Made by a program: the position numbers and the translations under genes. Below, piece by piece: positions 44,224-53,820 of a DNA stretch of 57,037 nt. The notes beneath the pieces are model-generated. The model worked only from the letters and a program-made list of their open reading frames with translations, did not search any database and was not told the origin of the DNA. The stretch comes from a virus (taxonomy: Duplodnaviria > Caudoviricetes). The stretch is from positions 1 to 57,037 of IMG/VR virus record IMGVR_UViG_3300021062_000017; one strand, written 5' to 3'. Positions within the stretch are counted from its first letter, which is position 1. Every line of letters begins with the position of its first letter.

Positions 44224-46341
44224 TTACGACAGGTTCGTCGAGACGACGAAGGCCTGCGGGTAGCGCACCAGCACGTCGACCATCCACATCGCGCGGATGC
44301 CGACCTGCGCCTGGTTGAAGCGCGTGCCGCCGTTGTCCATGGCCAGCTCCAGCACGCCCCACTCGCCGATCACGACCTCGTCCCACGAGCCGAAAATCAG
44401 GTTGCCGGAGGCCAGCTGTTCGGACGACATGGCGTTGAAGCCGCACAGCGTGCCGTCGAGCATGTTCCCTTCCCACACCGGGGTGTCGGTGCCCGAGAAG
44501 CGCTGCACGGTCATCAGCTTCGCCGCGCCGGCCGTGTTGGTCACGAAGCCGGGGTTGCCGCGGATGGCGTTCGATGCGCCGGCCGTCGAGACGAAGGCCA
44601 GCAGCTTCGCGTAGGTCGCGGACGCGGCGTCCTGGCCGGACGTGATGCCGGTCGTGTTCTTGATGCCGAGCGGCTGCGCGCCGCCGGTGCCGTTGATGGC
44701 GACGTAATCGACGCCATCGATCGCGATGTCGGCGGCGAGGTCAGCCATGATGAAGGCCTCGGCGCTCGGGGTGGCTTGGCGCAGCAGCTGCTCCGACGCG
44801 TCCGTGATCGCAATGGCGGTCTTCGGCGTCATCGACAGCTGGCCCAGGGCCTGGTCGGTGGCCGTGACGCTGGTGCCCTCGCCACCCTGCCAGGTCACCG
44901 TGCCCTTGCCGGTCTGGCGGGGAATGGTGACGTTGCCCACCAGGCCCGGCAGGCGACGGGCGCCCATGCGCATCGTCACGCTGCGGTTGCGCAGGATGTC
45001 GATGAAGCCCATGTTCTCGACGTTGACCATGAAGCCGCCCTTGCTGCCGGGCGTGGTCGACATCGCGCGCTGCGCGGCCTCGCCCAGCGGGCGCTGCAGC
45101 ACTTCTCCGGGAATGAAGATGCTGTTGCTGTCTTCGCGCTGCAGCCGCTTAGCCAGCGTGCGGGAGCACTCCAACTCGTAGGCGGCGAGGTTGATGTTCT
45201 CCTGCGTCGGCGTGCGCATCGCGCGGATGGCGCGGAACAGGCTGAAGCGCTGGGTTTCGGCGCGCGTCAAGCCCAGGTCAGAGGCTGCGGTGGGGCGCTC
45301 CTTGCCGCGCTCTTCCATCACCTTCAGGATCTTCTCGGCGACCTCTTCCAGCGTGGCGCCATCGCGCACCCACTGGTCCTCGACGCGCGGGTCGATCTTG
45401 CTGGCGCGGCACATGTTGCCGATCGCCGCCTTGCGGTTCTTCTCGACCTCCAGCGGGTCGTGACGGGTTTCCGCGGCACCCGCGGCGGCTTGGGCTTCTG
45501 CCATGGTGGCTTTCTCCTGATGGGTCGCCGGGACGGCGGGGGTGGTGACCTTGGTGACGCTTGCGGCTGTGGCGGGCGGCGCGCTGGCTGCGCGCTCCTG
45601 CTCGGTCGCCGCCGGCGGCTGTGCGCCGCCTTCGGTGATCTGCACCGTGGAGCCGCCTGGCGTCTGCACGGTGGTTGTGACGGGGGCTGCCGCGTGCGAG
45701 CGGCCGACGCCGACGGTGTTGTCGGCAGGCACGGTCACAAGGGAGTCTTCGAAGGGCTCCCAGTCGACGACCTCGTAGACGGGCACGTCGTCGGCGGCGC
45801 GGTCCAGCGGGCCGGCCGCGGCATCGAGGTCGCGGCGGAAGGCCTGGACGTCGCCGTCGCCTCGATCGCCAACCCGGGTGACGCCACGAGATTCGAGTGC
45901 GCGGCGGAACGTGGCTCCGTCGATGGTTCGCTCGATCGGCCCGCCACTCTTGCTGGTGGTGCGCTCGATGACCTTGTGGATCTCGTAGCCGACGCTTGCC
46001 TTCGTGAGGATGTCGCCCTCGACCAGGCCGATCGCGTCTCGGCCTTCCTGCGTGGCGCTGGTGATGCGCACCTTGCCGCGCAGCACGCCGTCGTCATCGC
46101 AGCGCACGCTGCCGGGCACGTGCGTGCCGCGCAGGTCGCGCCAGTTGTGATTGAAGAGCAGCGGCGCGCCGTCGTTCAGGCGGCCCAGTCGGACGGCCTT
46201 CTCGTTGCAGCGGAGGATCTCGATCCCCCACCAGCGCTCATACGGCACCTCGCTGGCGAATGCCATATCGACCACCAGGTCGCCGCCATCCTTCTCGCGG
46301 CGCGCCTTGGCGCGGTCCAGCTTGAATGAACGTGTCGTCAT
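44224..46341 (-). CDS. Prohead protease-major capsid protein fusion (HK97 fold)
   Basis: Protease motifs APLLFNH, ASVGY and SLVTVPAD. Capsid motifs GGFMV, LSMTPK and FGSWDEVVIGEWG. Confidence 0.9.
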   Translation of the reverse strand: MTTRSFKLDRAKARREKDGGDLVVDMAFASEVPYERWWGIEILRCNEKAVRLGRLNDGAPLLFNHNWRDLRGTHVPGSVRCDDDGVLRGKVRITSATQEGRDAIGLVEGDILTKASVGYEIHKVIERTTSKSGGPIERTIDGATFRRALESRGVTRVGDRGDGDVQAFRRDLDAAAGPLDRAADDVPVYEVVDWEPFEDSLVTVPADNTVGVGRSHAAAPVTTTVQTPGGSTVQITEGGAQPPAATEQERAASAPPATAASVTKVTTPAVPATHQEKATMAEAQAAAGAAETRHDPLEVEKNRKAAIGNMCRASKIDPRVEDQWVRDGATLEEVAEKILKVMEERGKERPTAASDLGLTRAETQRFSLFRAIRAMRTPTQENINLAAYELECSRTLAKRLQREDSNSIFIPGEVLQRPLGEAAQRAMSTTPGSKGGFMVNVENMGFIDILRNRSVTMRMGARRLPGLVGNVTIPRQTGKGTVTWQGGEGTSVTATDQALGQLSMTPKTAIAITDASEQLLRQATPSAEAFIMADLAADIAIDGVDYVAINGTGGAQPLGIKNTTGITSGQDAASATYAKLLAFVSTAGASNAIRGNPGFVTNTAGAAKLMTVQRFSGTDTPVWEGNMLDGTLCGFNAMSSEQLASGNLIFGSWDEVVIGEWGVLELAMDNGGTRFNQAQVGIRAMWMVDVLVRYPQAFVVSTNLS

Positions 46342-47981
46342 TGCATGAGTCCTGTTGCGGGAACCGGGCGAAGCGGCGGCACGCTGCGGCGCGCCGGCTG
46401 CGCAGGGGCGCCCTCGTCGTCATCTGCCTCAAGATCCGCCGCGGCCTTCGGTTGGGCGGCGGCCTGCTCGGCGGCCACGTCGGTGTCGACCGTGATGCCG
46501 GCCTGCGCGAAAAGCTCGCGCTCGCGCTGCAGTGCGCCGATGACGTCTTCGATGTCGCGGCCGTCGGCGGTGGCAGCGATAACGTCCGTTGCCGATGTCA
46601 GGCCAGCGCGGATCGCTTCCTTGTAAGCCTTGACTTCCTTGGTCGGGTCCACCCACGACCAGCCGCGCGGCTTCCACACGACGGCTTCGAACTTCGCCGG
46701 GTTCAGCGCGTACTGCTCGACCGAGATGCTGGTGATGGCCCGCGCGTAGACGGCCTGGCGCAGCCATTCGGCATGCAGCGGATCGCGGAATGCCCGGATC
46801 CACCACTGCTGCAGCGTGCGCCAGAGGTCGCGGTCATCGAGCAGCGCAAGGCGCGAGCTGCTGTAGTTCGACTGGCTGTAGTCGCGCGACAGGCTCTCGT
46901 AGCTGACGCCCACGCCGGCCGCGACTTCGCGCAGCATGTAGCGCATGAATGGGTCGAGCGCGGTGTTCGGCCGGTTCGGCGCGTGCCATTCCAGCTTCTC
47001 GCCGGGATTCAGCTGCTGAATCGTGCCGTCCTCGATGTCGAAGACCGGCGTGCCGTCATCCTCTTCATCGGTTGCGAGCGGAGCATCGCCCTCGGGGGTC
47101 TCGATGGTCCCGAAGACCCGAGCGGATGCGCGAGCGGCCTGGACCTCCGAGCCGCTGTACTGGTCCATGTCGTTGAGCTTGCGGACCGCGGTGTGCAGCC
47201 AGGGCTCGCCGCGGGCCTGCGGCCATCGATCGATGATGCGCAGGTGCAGGATGTATTCCGCCTCGACGCGCTCGTAGAGGTCAGCGGTCGTGCCGGGCGA
47301 GCGCAGATCGCCGGGGTGCTTCTTGCGGATCCAGTAGGCGATGGCGCGGCCGTACTCGTCCTGCTCAATCCCCATGCGGGTCTCGGTCGTCTTGCCGTCT
47401 GCGCTGGGTAGCGCGATGTCGAGCGGAACCCGCTCCGACTCGATCACCTCCAGCGCCAGAGGCACAGCGCTGGCGCCGAAGGCGCGCCGGTGCTTGCGAA
47501 TGAAGACCTCGCCCGCCTCGAACACCTGGCCTAGGGCCATGCGCTCAAGGTCATGGAAGTGCACGGCGCCGCCGGTGTGGCAGGTGTCGGCCTTGCACCA
47601 AGCACCGAACACCGCTTCGATGTCGGCGTTGATGCGGCTGTTTGCACCGGCGCGGTTCGTTCCGACCTGGGCCTGCATGCCGACGCCGGAGCCGATGACG
47701 TTGTTCTTGACGATGACCTTTGCGCGCTTCGCGTACGAGCTGTCGCGCACCATCTGCCGCGAGCCGGCGCGCAGGCGCGACAGACTCATCGACAGTTCGG
47801 CGTCGGCACTGGAGTCGCCCCCGTTGCCGAAGCTGCCGGACATCCGACTGCCGCGGGCGGCGGCGTACATGCGGGCACCGACCCGGCGTGCAGGGTCCGG
47901 TCGACGCACTTCCGCCGGCGCGCGGAACGCGTCGACGATGCGGCCCAGCAGCGAGAGGCGCGGCCCAGCCATCACCGGCAC
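46338..47981 (-). CDS. Portal protein, lambda family
   Basis: QARGEPW, YESLSRDYSQSNYSSSR and WSWVDPTKE motifs. Confidence 0.93.
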   Translation of the reverse strand: MPVMAGPRLSLLGRIVDAFRAPAEVRRPDPARRVGARMYAAARGSRMSGSFGNGGDSSADAELSMSLSRLRAGSRQMVRDSSYAKRAKVIVKNNVIGSGVGMQAQVGTNRAGANSRINADIEAVFGAWCKADTCHTGGAVHFHDLERMALGQVFEAGEVFIRKHRRAFGASAVPLALEVIESERVPLDIALPSADGKTTETRMGIEQDEYGRAIAYWIRKKHPGDLRSPGTTADLYERVEAEYILHLRIIDRWPQARGEPWLHTAVRKLNDMDQYSGSEVQAARASARVFGTIETPEGDAPLATDEEDDGTPVFDIEDGTIQQLNPGEKLEWHAPNRPNTALDPFMRYMLREVAAGVGVSYESLSRDYSQSNYSSSRLALLDDRDLWRTLQQWWIRAFRDPLHAEWLRQAVYARAITSISVEQYALNPAKFEAVVWKPRGWSWVDPTKEVKAYKEAIRAGLTSATDVIAATADGRDIEDVIGALQRERELFAQAGITVDTDVAAEQAAAQPKAAADLEADDDEGAPAQPARRSVPPLRPVPATGLMQ

Positions 47982-48532
47982 CTCACCATGATCTGGCGCC
48001 GGTTCTTCAGCCCCATGGCCATGCCGGCCGCGTTCTCTTCGCGGGCAACGTCGCGCGACAGCTTCTGCTCCAGCGTGATCAGGTCCGGGATGGAGTAGTG
48101 CTCCAGCGACCGGCCGTTGATCTCGTACTTCAGGACGTTCTTGCTCGCGACGCCCTGGATGACTGCTCGCACGTTGGCCAGCGCGATCGCCGCATCGGTG
48201 CGCGTGTCCAGGCCCTGCGCGCTGGTGGCCGGGTCAGGCGCGACCGTGATCTCGCCGCTCTCCAGCGTGATCCGCTCGCCGGTCTTCTCGACCCAGCTGG
48301 ACCAGCCGTAGATGCCGGCCGTCCACAGTGCCGTCGTGCCAGGCGCCACCATGACCTGATAACCGCTGGTCTGGTAGGTCGTGGCGGTTAGCGTGATCGG
48401 CGCCTGCACCGGCGACGTGAAGCGCGGCACGAGCCGGTATTTCAGCGTCCAGCCCTGATCGGCCGGATAGGCTGAGACCGTGGTCTCGAAGCTGAGGGAG
48501 TCGCCTGCAATGAGGCGCGGCACGCTGCGCAT
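47972..48532 (-). CDS. Head-tail adapter (gpW-like C-terminus)
   Basis: YEINGRSLEHYSIPDL, immediately upstream of the portal gene. Confidence 0.75.
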   Translation of the reverse strand: MRSVPRLIAGDSLSFETTVSAYPADQGWTLKYRLVPRFTSPVQAPITLTATTYQTSGYQVMVAPGTTALWTAGIYGWSSWVEKTGERITLESGEITVAPDPATSAQGLDTRTDAAIALANVRAVIQGVASKNVLKYEINGRSLEHYSIPDLITLEQKLSRDVAREENAAGMAMGLKNRRQIMVRCR

Positions 48533-48557
48533 GGCGGCGCACTGTCAGCGCCGCGGC

Positions 48558-48588
48558 GTTCCAAAACTAGAGCCCCGAGTTTTGGAAC
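48558..48588 (-). promoter_or_regulatory. Inverted-repeat site, putative late-promoter activator box 1
   Basis: GTTCCAAAACT-N9-AGTTTTGGAAC about 25 nt before the adapter ATG. Near-identical copy at 52786. Confidence 0.7.
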
Positions 48589-48598
48589 TCGGAGCGCT

Positions 48599-49042
48599 TC
48601 AAACCCCGCTGGTCGGGATGATCTTTCGGCCTATGCGCCACCGCGATCGGGTCAGGTCGCCGACCAGTTCGAACGTCGGTGAGAAGGCTGGCGAGCCGAA
48701 CGCCTCGCTGCTGGCAATGCCTCCTGCGCCGCTGACGCTGCTCGTGAGGTTCGAGCTGACCGCGGCGGTGCCGAATGCCTCTTCGGAGGCGATGCCGCCC
48801 GCACCCGTCACGCTGGCCAGGGTGCTCGACGAGACGGCGGCCGTCCCGAATGCTTCACCGCTCGCGATGCCGCCGGCATCCGTCACCGTGGCCGTGCCAC
48901 CGGCAGCTGCATCTGCCCACCAATGACGCACGCGGCCGCCATGGCGAGACAGCAGTTCCCACAGCGCGGCCGCAACCACCGGGGCCGACGAGGACGCCCG
49001 CTCCCATTCGATGATCGCGCCGCGTGCGCGGTAGATGTGCAT
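48599..49042 (-). CDS. Hypothetical virion protein with 3x AGGIASxEAFG repeats
   Basis: Repeats are visible in the translation. Confidence 0.55.
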   Translation of the reverse strand: MHIYRARGAIIEWERASSSAPVVAAALWELLSRHGGRVRHWWADAAAGGTATVTDAGGIASGEAFGTAAVSSSTLASVTGAGGIASEEAFGTAAVSSNLTSSVSGAGGIASSEAFGSPAFSPTFELVGDLTRSRWRIGRKIIPTSGV

Positions 49043-49054
49043 CGCCGCCGACGA

Positions 49055-49780
49055 TCAGGGCTCAAGCCGCAGCGTGACGCCGTGGGTCTTCGCGCCGGTG
49101 GCACTGAAGACCAGCGTCACCGTGTCGCCGTTCAGGTCGGCCTGCGGAATGTTGAGCTTGTAGTAGCCGCTGCCGATCTCGCTCACCGCGCCCAGCGTGC
49201 CGGCGCCGAAGGCGCCGCCGTCGATCGAGCGCGTGGCGGTGACCGTGAGGCCCGTCGCGGGCACCTCGGTCGTGTTGTCGACCATCAGGAATGTGAAGTT
49301 GTTCCAGGCCTGGTTCTTCTTCAGCCCGGTCTGAATGCCGACGTCGTTGGCGGAGTCGACCGTCGGCAAGCCGCCGCTGGCTGCCGCGGCTGCGTTGGGA
49401 AGCGCGGTAAGGCCCAGGCGCACCGTGTCCTGCGGGTCATAGTCGACCAGCGGCACAAGCGCGCCGAGCACGACCATTCCAGTGACGGTCCCGCCGACGA
49501 GCACGCTGTTGGAGCCGGCGGCCAAAGCAGCGTCTGGCAGGTCCAAGCGGTAGTAGCCGTCGCCGACGTGCAGGAAGCCGCCGTCGCTGTGCGCATCGGT
49601 CAACGCGGAAAGCGTGGCCTCCGTGATACTGACCTTGGCCGCTCCATCCCGGCGATACCAAAGGTCAATCCCCGACGTGTTGAACACCACACCAGTCTCC
49701 GGTGTGCCGTCGGTCGAGTCCACGATGCGCAGATACACACTGCGGTCGGTAGAGCCCTTCTTGATCGCGGGGTGGAGCAT
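49055..49780 (-). CDS. Putative structural protein, two BppU/Ig-like domains
   Basis: Duplicated motif GYYRLDLPDA / GYYKLNIPQADL. Confidence 0.6.
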   Translation of the reverse strand: MLHPAIKKGSTDRSVYLRIVDSTDGTPETGVVFNTSGIDLWYRRDGAAKVSITEATLSALTDAHSDGGFLHVGDGYYRLDLPDAALAAGSNSVLVGGTVTGMVVLGALVPLVDYDPQDTVRLGLTALPNAAAAASGGLPTVDSANDVGIQTGLKKNQAWNNFTFLMVDNTTEVPATGLTVTATRSIDGGAFGAGTLGAVSEIGSGYYKLNIPQADLNGDTVTLVFSATGAKTHGVTLRLEP

Positions 49781-49790
49781 GGTCGGTCCT

Positions 49791-51065
49791 TCAGTTCATG
49801 AGCTGCATGAGCTTCGGCAGCAAGGTGGAGCCACCGCCACCGGCGGCCGTGTTGAAAGCGGTCCCCGTAGACCACGCGGAGTCACCGCCTGCATTCGAGG
49901 CGCGCACCCGCGGCCGGTACTCGGTGCTGCTGGACAGGCCGCCGATGGCAAGGCTCGTCGCGTTGGCCGCTGCGGGGCTGGTGTTGGCGTTCGTCCAGTT
50001 GCCGGCGCCGCTCGGCGTCTCGACCTGGATCTGGAAACCGGTTTCGTCCGAACTGTTGTCCGTCCAGTTGATGGTCGCGCCGCTGCTAGTGATGCCGGTC
50101 GTTGCGCCAATCGTTGGAGCCGTCGGCGCGTTGGGCAGCGTAGTGAATTGGCTGGTGCTGAGCCGGTTGCTGTCGTTGTTCGCGGCATCGCGGTGCACCA
50201 TATGCCCGTAGTACGCGGTCGCCGCCGTCAGACCTGTGGCGTTGAACGTCTTGGCCCCGGTGCTGCTGATGGCCTGGTTGCCGGCGAAGACCGCCGCGCT
50301 TCCGGTGTGGTCCTGGCCGGCCACGATCTGCGCCACGCTCGGCTGGGTTGCGCTGGTCGTGACCACCGCATACATGGTGCCGTTGGCCTCGTCGGTGGTT
50401 GCGCCAAGAGTGGCCGTGGTCTGCCCCGTCACATTGGACGTTGCACTCGTGAGGATTGGCGCCGTGGCATCGAGAAAGGCGCCGTCGGCCGCGACCAGGT
50501 TGTCGAGATGCAGTCCAACCGTGTCACTACCGGCCGCGGAGCCGCTGAACCGCACGCCCGCAACCCCGGCTGCGGTGATGTCGGCGTTGGTGATGCTGAT
50601 GACCTCTGCGCCGGCCGCATAGACCTTGATGGTGGACCCTATCGCCTGTAGCGCCATGCGGAAGCTGCCACCGACCGATAGCGAATACGCGGCGTTCGTC
50701 AAGAGCGTCGGGGTGCCGCTTACTACCTTGTATAGCTCGAACTCCTGCCCTGTCGCCTCGTATCGCACGAAGTAATATGAGGCGGTCGCGTCTGGTCCGC
50801 TGATCCGCACCGCAATGCCGGCCTCCGTCGAGCCAGCGCCTACATAGTGGACATCAGCTGCTACGTGATAGTCCGCTGACGCAGGCGCGCCTGAGTTCTT
50901 GTAGGCAAAAGTCCCAGTGCTGCTGTGCCTCAGTCTGCCCGCATTGCTGATGCGGCCGGCCGCCGCAAACCCGCCGATCGTTGACCATGCGGCGTTGTAA
51001 GCCGACAGCTCCGTTCCGGAGGTGCCGCCGAACTGCTCGTTGACGAATTCCGCCATCTCAGGCAC
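49791..51065 (-). CDS. Lectin-like plus fibronectin type III domain protein
   Basis: WTDNSSDETGFQI...GLSSSTEYRPRVRASNAGGDSAWS is Fn3-like. Confidence 0.75.
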   Translation of the reverse strand: MPEMAEFVNEQFGGTSGTELSAYNAAWSTIGGFAAAGRISNAGRLRHSSTGTFAYKNSGAPASADYHVAADVHYVGAGSTEAGIAVRISGPDATASYYFVRYEATGQEFELYKVVSGTPTLLTNAAYSLSVGGSFRMALQAIGSTIKVYAAGAEVISITNADITAAGVAGVRFSGSAAGSDTVGLHLDNLVAADGAFLDATAPILTSATSNVTGQTTATLGATTDEANGTMYAVVTTSATQPSVAQIVAGQDHTGSAAVFAGNQAISSTGAKTFNATGLTAATAYYGHMVHRDAANNDSNRLSTSQFTTLPNAPTAPTIGATTGITSSGATINWTDNSSDETGFQIQVETPSGAGNWTNANTSPAAANATSLAIGGLSSSTEYRPRVRASNAGGDSAWSTGTAFNTAAGGGGSTLLPKLMQLMN

Positions 51066-52284
51066 CTGCAGCGCGAATAGCCGTGTCGTAATCGAGGTAG
51101 TCCACTTGCGTGCCGGAGTACCAGCTCACCGTAAGATCACCAGCATGCCCCTCGGGACTGCGCGGCGTGAATGCATGAACGCTGCTACCGCTCGTGATGT
51201 CAGCCGTCTTGCTCCAGGTCGCGCCACTGTCGCTGGTCTCCCAAAGCTGAATCTCATTCCATGAGCCAACGCGCTTTGAGAGGTAGGCCTTCGTCGGGTC
51301 GTTGCCGTCGAAGCAGGCCTGGCCATCGCTGTACGTCTGCGTGTCGATGCTGCCGCCAGAGGGTGTGATCTCGGTGTGCACCCACGCTAAACCAGTCCAA
51401 CGGCTGAACATATGCCTATGGTCGGTCCCAGGCGTCACGTACTTGACCCACAGCACCCAAGGATGGCCATCCGGACCGGTCGCAATGTCCCAGGCCCAGC
51501 CGTCCTGCGACGTGCCGTCATAGACGAGCGTGGCATTCGCTGGCGTCAGCGGAGCGGCACCAATCAGCGTGCCGTCTGACTTGTAGTAGGTTTCCGTGCC
51601 GCCCGCGTCTGAAATCATGTACCCGTGGTACAGGGAGTTCGCGACCTGGGCGGGATTTCCAGTCGAGAAAACGAAGTCGACACGTGACACCCCGTCCGAA
51701 TACACCTGTGGGTACGGGCGCTGCGAGCCATTGCTGATCACCACCCTGTCCGTGTCCCAGGTTGAGCCATCCACGGTGGCACGCATGCGCTGCGCCCAGC
51801 TGCCAGCGCGATAGAGCATGTAGGTCTTGCCGGTGACGCTCAACTGGAACGTCAGGTTGTAGGCCATCCCGCCGCCCGAGTTCAAGACATCGACGGTCGT
51901 CTGCGGACTCCATGCACTGATGTCGTAGGCGGAGGTGCTGATCCTCATGCGCATCTCGCCTGTGTCGTTGTGCTTGCAGTACAGGCACATGATTCGGCCA
52001 TCGGGCAGGATGCTGATGGTTGCGTTGTCGTGCCCGTTGACCTCGAAAGCTGCCGCCAGCGTGAAGCTGGTCAGCGCCTGCGTGGCGTGGACGTACTTGG
52101 TGATGCCGACATCGCCGCTGGAATTCACCCAGCCGAAGTACGTGGCACCGTTCCTGTACACCACACTGGGCCCGGAGCCGATCGTTCCATTCCCGTCTGC
52201 GATGACCTGGAAGGGCGCGAGCGGATTGACCACCGCCGGCTTGCTGAAGCCGTATGCCCTGGCGCGCTGCGGGATTGCTCGCAC
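51058..52284 (-). CDS. BNR-4-repeat beta-propeller protein
   Basis: NGHDNATISILPDGRI, QRPY and Asp-box ETSDSGATW. Confidence 0.7.
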   Translation of the reverse strand: MRAIPQRARAYGFSKPAVVNPLAPFQVIADGNGTIGSGPSVVYRNGATYFGWVNSSGDVGITKYVHATQALTSFTLAAAFEVNGHDNATISILPDGRIMCLYCKHNDTGEMRMRISTSAYDISAWSPQTTVDVLNSGGGMAYNLTFQLSVTGKTYMLYRAGSWAQRMRATVDGSTWDTDRVVISNGSQRPYPQVYSDGVSRVDFVFSTGNPAQVANSLYHGYMISDAGGTETYYKSDGTLIGAAPLTPANATLVYDGTSQDGWAWDIATGPDGHPWVLWVKYVTPGTDHRHMFSRWTGLAWVHTEITPSGGSIDTQTYSDGQACFDGNDPTKAYLSKRVGSWNEIQLWETSDSGATWSKTADITSGSSVHAFTPRSPEGHAGDLTVSWYSGTQVDYLDYDTAIRAAGA

Positions 52285-52298
52285 GAGGAACCCCGGCG

Positions 52299-52700
52299 TT
52301 AGAGCTTGAAGATCTTGTTGGCGCCGTTGCTCCAGGCCACGTCAACCTGCGTGGCGCCTGCGCTCACTGGCAAGCCCGTAGCGGTGTCGATGTAGCAGAG
52401 GAAGCGCGAAGTCGCCTCCACGCCGGTGTCAACGCAGATGGCGACTGCCTCGATCGTGGGGGCGGCCACCAGGCCGGTGAAGCTGACATCGTCGGCGTCG
52501 AGAACGCCGTCGGTGGTCGTGACGTTCTGCAGCGTGACCGCGGAGCCGATGCGGGCGCCGCTCGGGATGTCAGCAAGGAAGTCGTGCGCGGAACTGTAGG
52601 TGTAGACCGCGGTGTCGATCAGGTAGGCCTTGGCCGTGCCCGTCGCCAGGATGGCGTCGAGCGCGGCCTTCTTGGTGGCCGGGAGGACTGCATTCGCCAT
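52299..52700 (-). CDS. Putative virion structural protein
   Basis: MANAVLP...GVLDADDVSFT...TGLPV...WSNGANKIFKL, a familiar phage structural family. RBS AAGGAG. Confidence 0.65.
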   Translation of the reverse strand: MANAVLPATKKAALDAILATGTAKAYLIDTAVYTYSSAHDFLADIPSGARIGSAVTLQNVTTTDGVLDADDVSFTGLVAAPTIEAVAICVDTGVEATSRFLCYIDTATGLPVSAGATQVDVAWSNGANKIFKL

Positions 52701-52785
52701 TTCGAGGGCTCCTTCGGGCGCGCAGGACCACGAAGGAGCCCAGCCGCGTCATCGCATGACGGCGGCCACTTTCGGCGCGGGATCA

Positions 52786-52813
52786 TTCCAAAACTAGGGC
52801 CCCGAAATTTGGA
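52786..52813 (-). promoter_or_regulatory. Inverted-repeat site, putative late-promoter activator box 2
   Basis: TTCCAAAACTAGGGCCCCGAAATTTGGA, immediately downstream of the Mor-like gene. Confidence 0.7.
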
Positions 52814-52815
52814 GA

Positions 52816-53187
52816 TCAGACCTCTATTTCTGCCGCCACCGCGACATCTGGCTGGGCTGCCGCGGTCTGGTCACGCGCCCGAATCGAGTAGACGTGCGAC
52901 AGCGAGCACTTCGCCCGGTCGGCCACTTCAGCCGGCGCGACCCCATCGCCCAGCAGCTTGCGCACCAGTTCGTCGCGCTGCCTGCGCTGTCGAACAGGCC
53001 GCTTCCGCGGATAGATCCGGAACCGGTATTCGCCGGCGTCCGCCATGTCCGACAGCACCTCCTCGAGGATGCCGGGCAGCTCTTGGCGGACGACAGACCA
53101 GACCGCGGTCTGCAGCCCTTCGTGGCTGGACGCGCGCTCGGCCAGGCGGCGGATGATCGAATCGCGCTTCAGGGTTGCCATTTGCAC
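52816..53187 (-). CDS. Mor/C-like late transcription activator
   Basis: IYP...RDELVRKLLGDGVAPAEVADRAKCSLSHVYSI C-terminal HTH. Confidence 0.65.
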   Translation of the reverse strand: MQMATLKRDSIIRRLAERASSHEGLQTAVWSVVRQELPGILEEVLSDMADAGEYRFRIYPRKRPVRQRRQRDELVRKLLGDGVAPAEVADRAKCSLSHVYSIRARDQTAAAQPDVAVAAEIEV

Positions 53188-53236
53188 CTCGGGTGGTTTC
53201 CAATCGGGCTCTCCCTTCTCCGATTCACCACCACCC

Positions 53237-53272
53237 AGGCCCCGCGGCGCGTCAACGCTGCGGGGCCTTTTT
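53237..53272 (+). terminator. GC-rich hairpin with T-tract on the + strand
   Basis: AGGCCCCGCGGCG-cgtcaa-CGCTGCGGGGCCT-TTTT. Confidence 0.55.
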
Positions 53273-53473
53273 CATCGCGTCAGGTTCTCGATCAACAGCA
53301 CGTTGAGGTAGAGGCTGAGCATCGGCGGCGACATCGAGCGCACGTCGGCCTGGCCGCCGAGCGCCATCACCATGTTCTGCAGCTGATGCACATGCCAGTC
53401 CTGCAGTTCACCGCGCTCGATGGCGCCAGCGCACGTTGAAGGCGGCGGGGTTGATGTTGGTCGGGATGAGCAT
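53272..53473 (-). pseudogene. Small gene with an apparent frameshift
   Basis: MLIPTNINPAAFNV continues in another frame as AGAIERGELQDWHV...IENLTR*. Confidence 0.5.
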
Positions 53474-53475
53474 GG

Positions 53476-53817
53476 TCAGGCTCCGGCGTTGTTGTCGCGA
53501 GTTGGCTCGGCCGCCGCATTGACGATCCGCCCCACCTCGCGACCGTCCTGCATGAGCAGCACGATGCCGGGCGGCAGCTTCGGGTCCAGTGCCTTGTAGA
53601 CCGGTGACGGCCACAGCGGCGGTTCCGTGTGGAGCAGCACCTGCAGTTCGGTCAGCCTGTCGATGTAGCTCTGCCTGTGGCGCCGACCCATCGCGTCGTC
53701 GCCGAGCGCATCGGGGTCTTCCATCGCCTCCAGCATGCGGGACACCGCGGCTCGCAGGGCAATGGCGTGGCCTTGGCCCATCAGGGTGCCGTTGATGGTG
53801 ATGATGGGTTCGGTCAC
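53476..53817 (-). CDS. Hypothetical protein
   Basis: EPIITINGTLM...ALRAAV, 113 aa. Confidence 0.6.
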   Translation of the reverse strand: MTEPIITINGTLMGQGHAIALRAAVSRMLEAMEDPDALGDDAMGRRHRQSYIDRLTELQVLLHTEPPLWPSPVYKALDPKLPPGIVLLMQDGREVGRIVNAAAEPTRDNNAGA

Positions 53818-53820
53818 TCA

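Noticed and set aside
27114-52700. Diversity-generating retroelement or retron acting on the adhesin genes
   Set aside because: No reverse transcriptase ORF recognised and no TR/VR repeat pair noticed.
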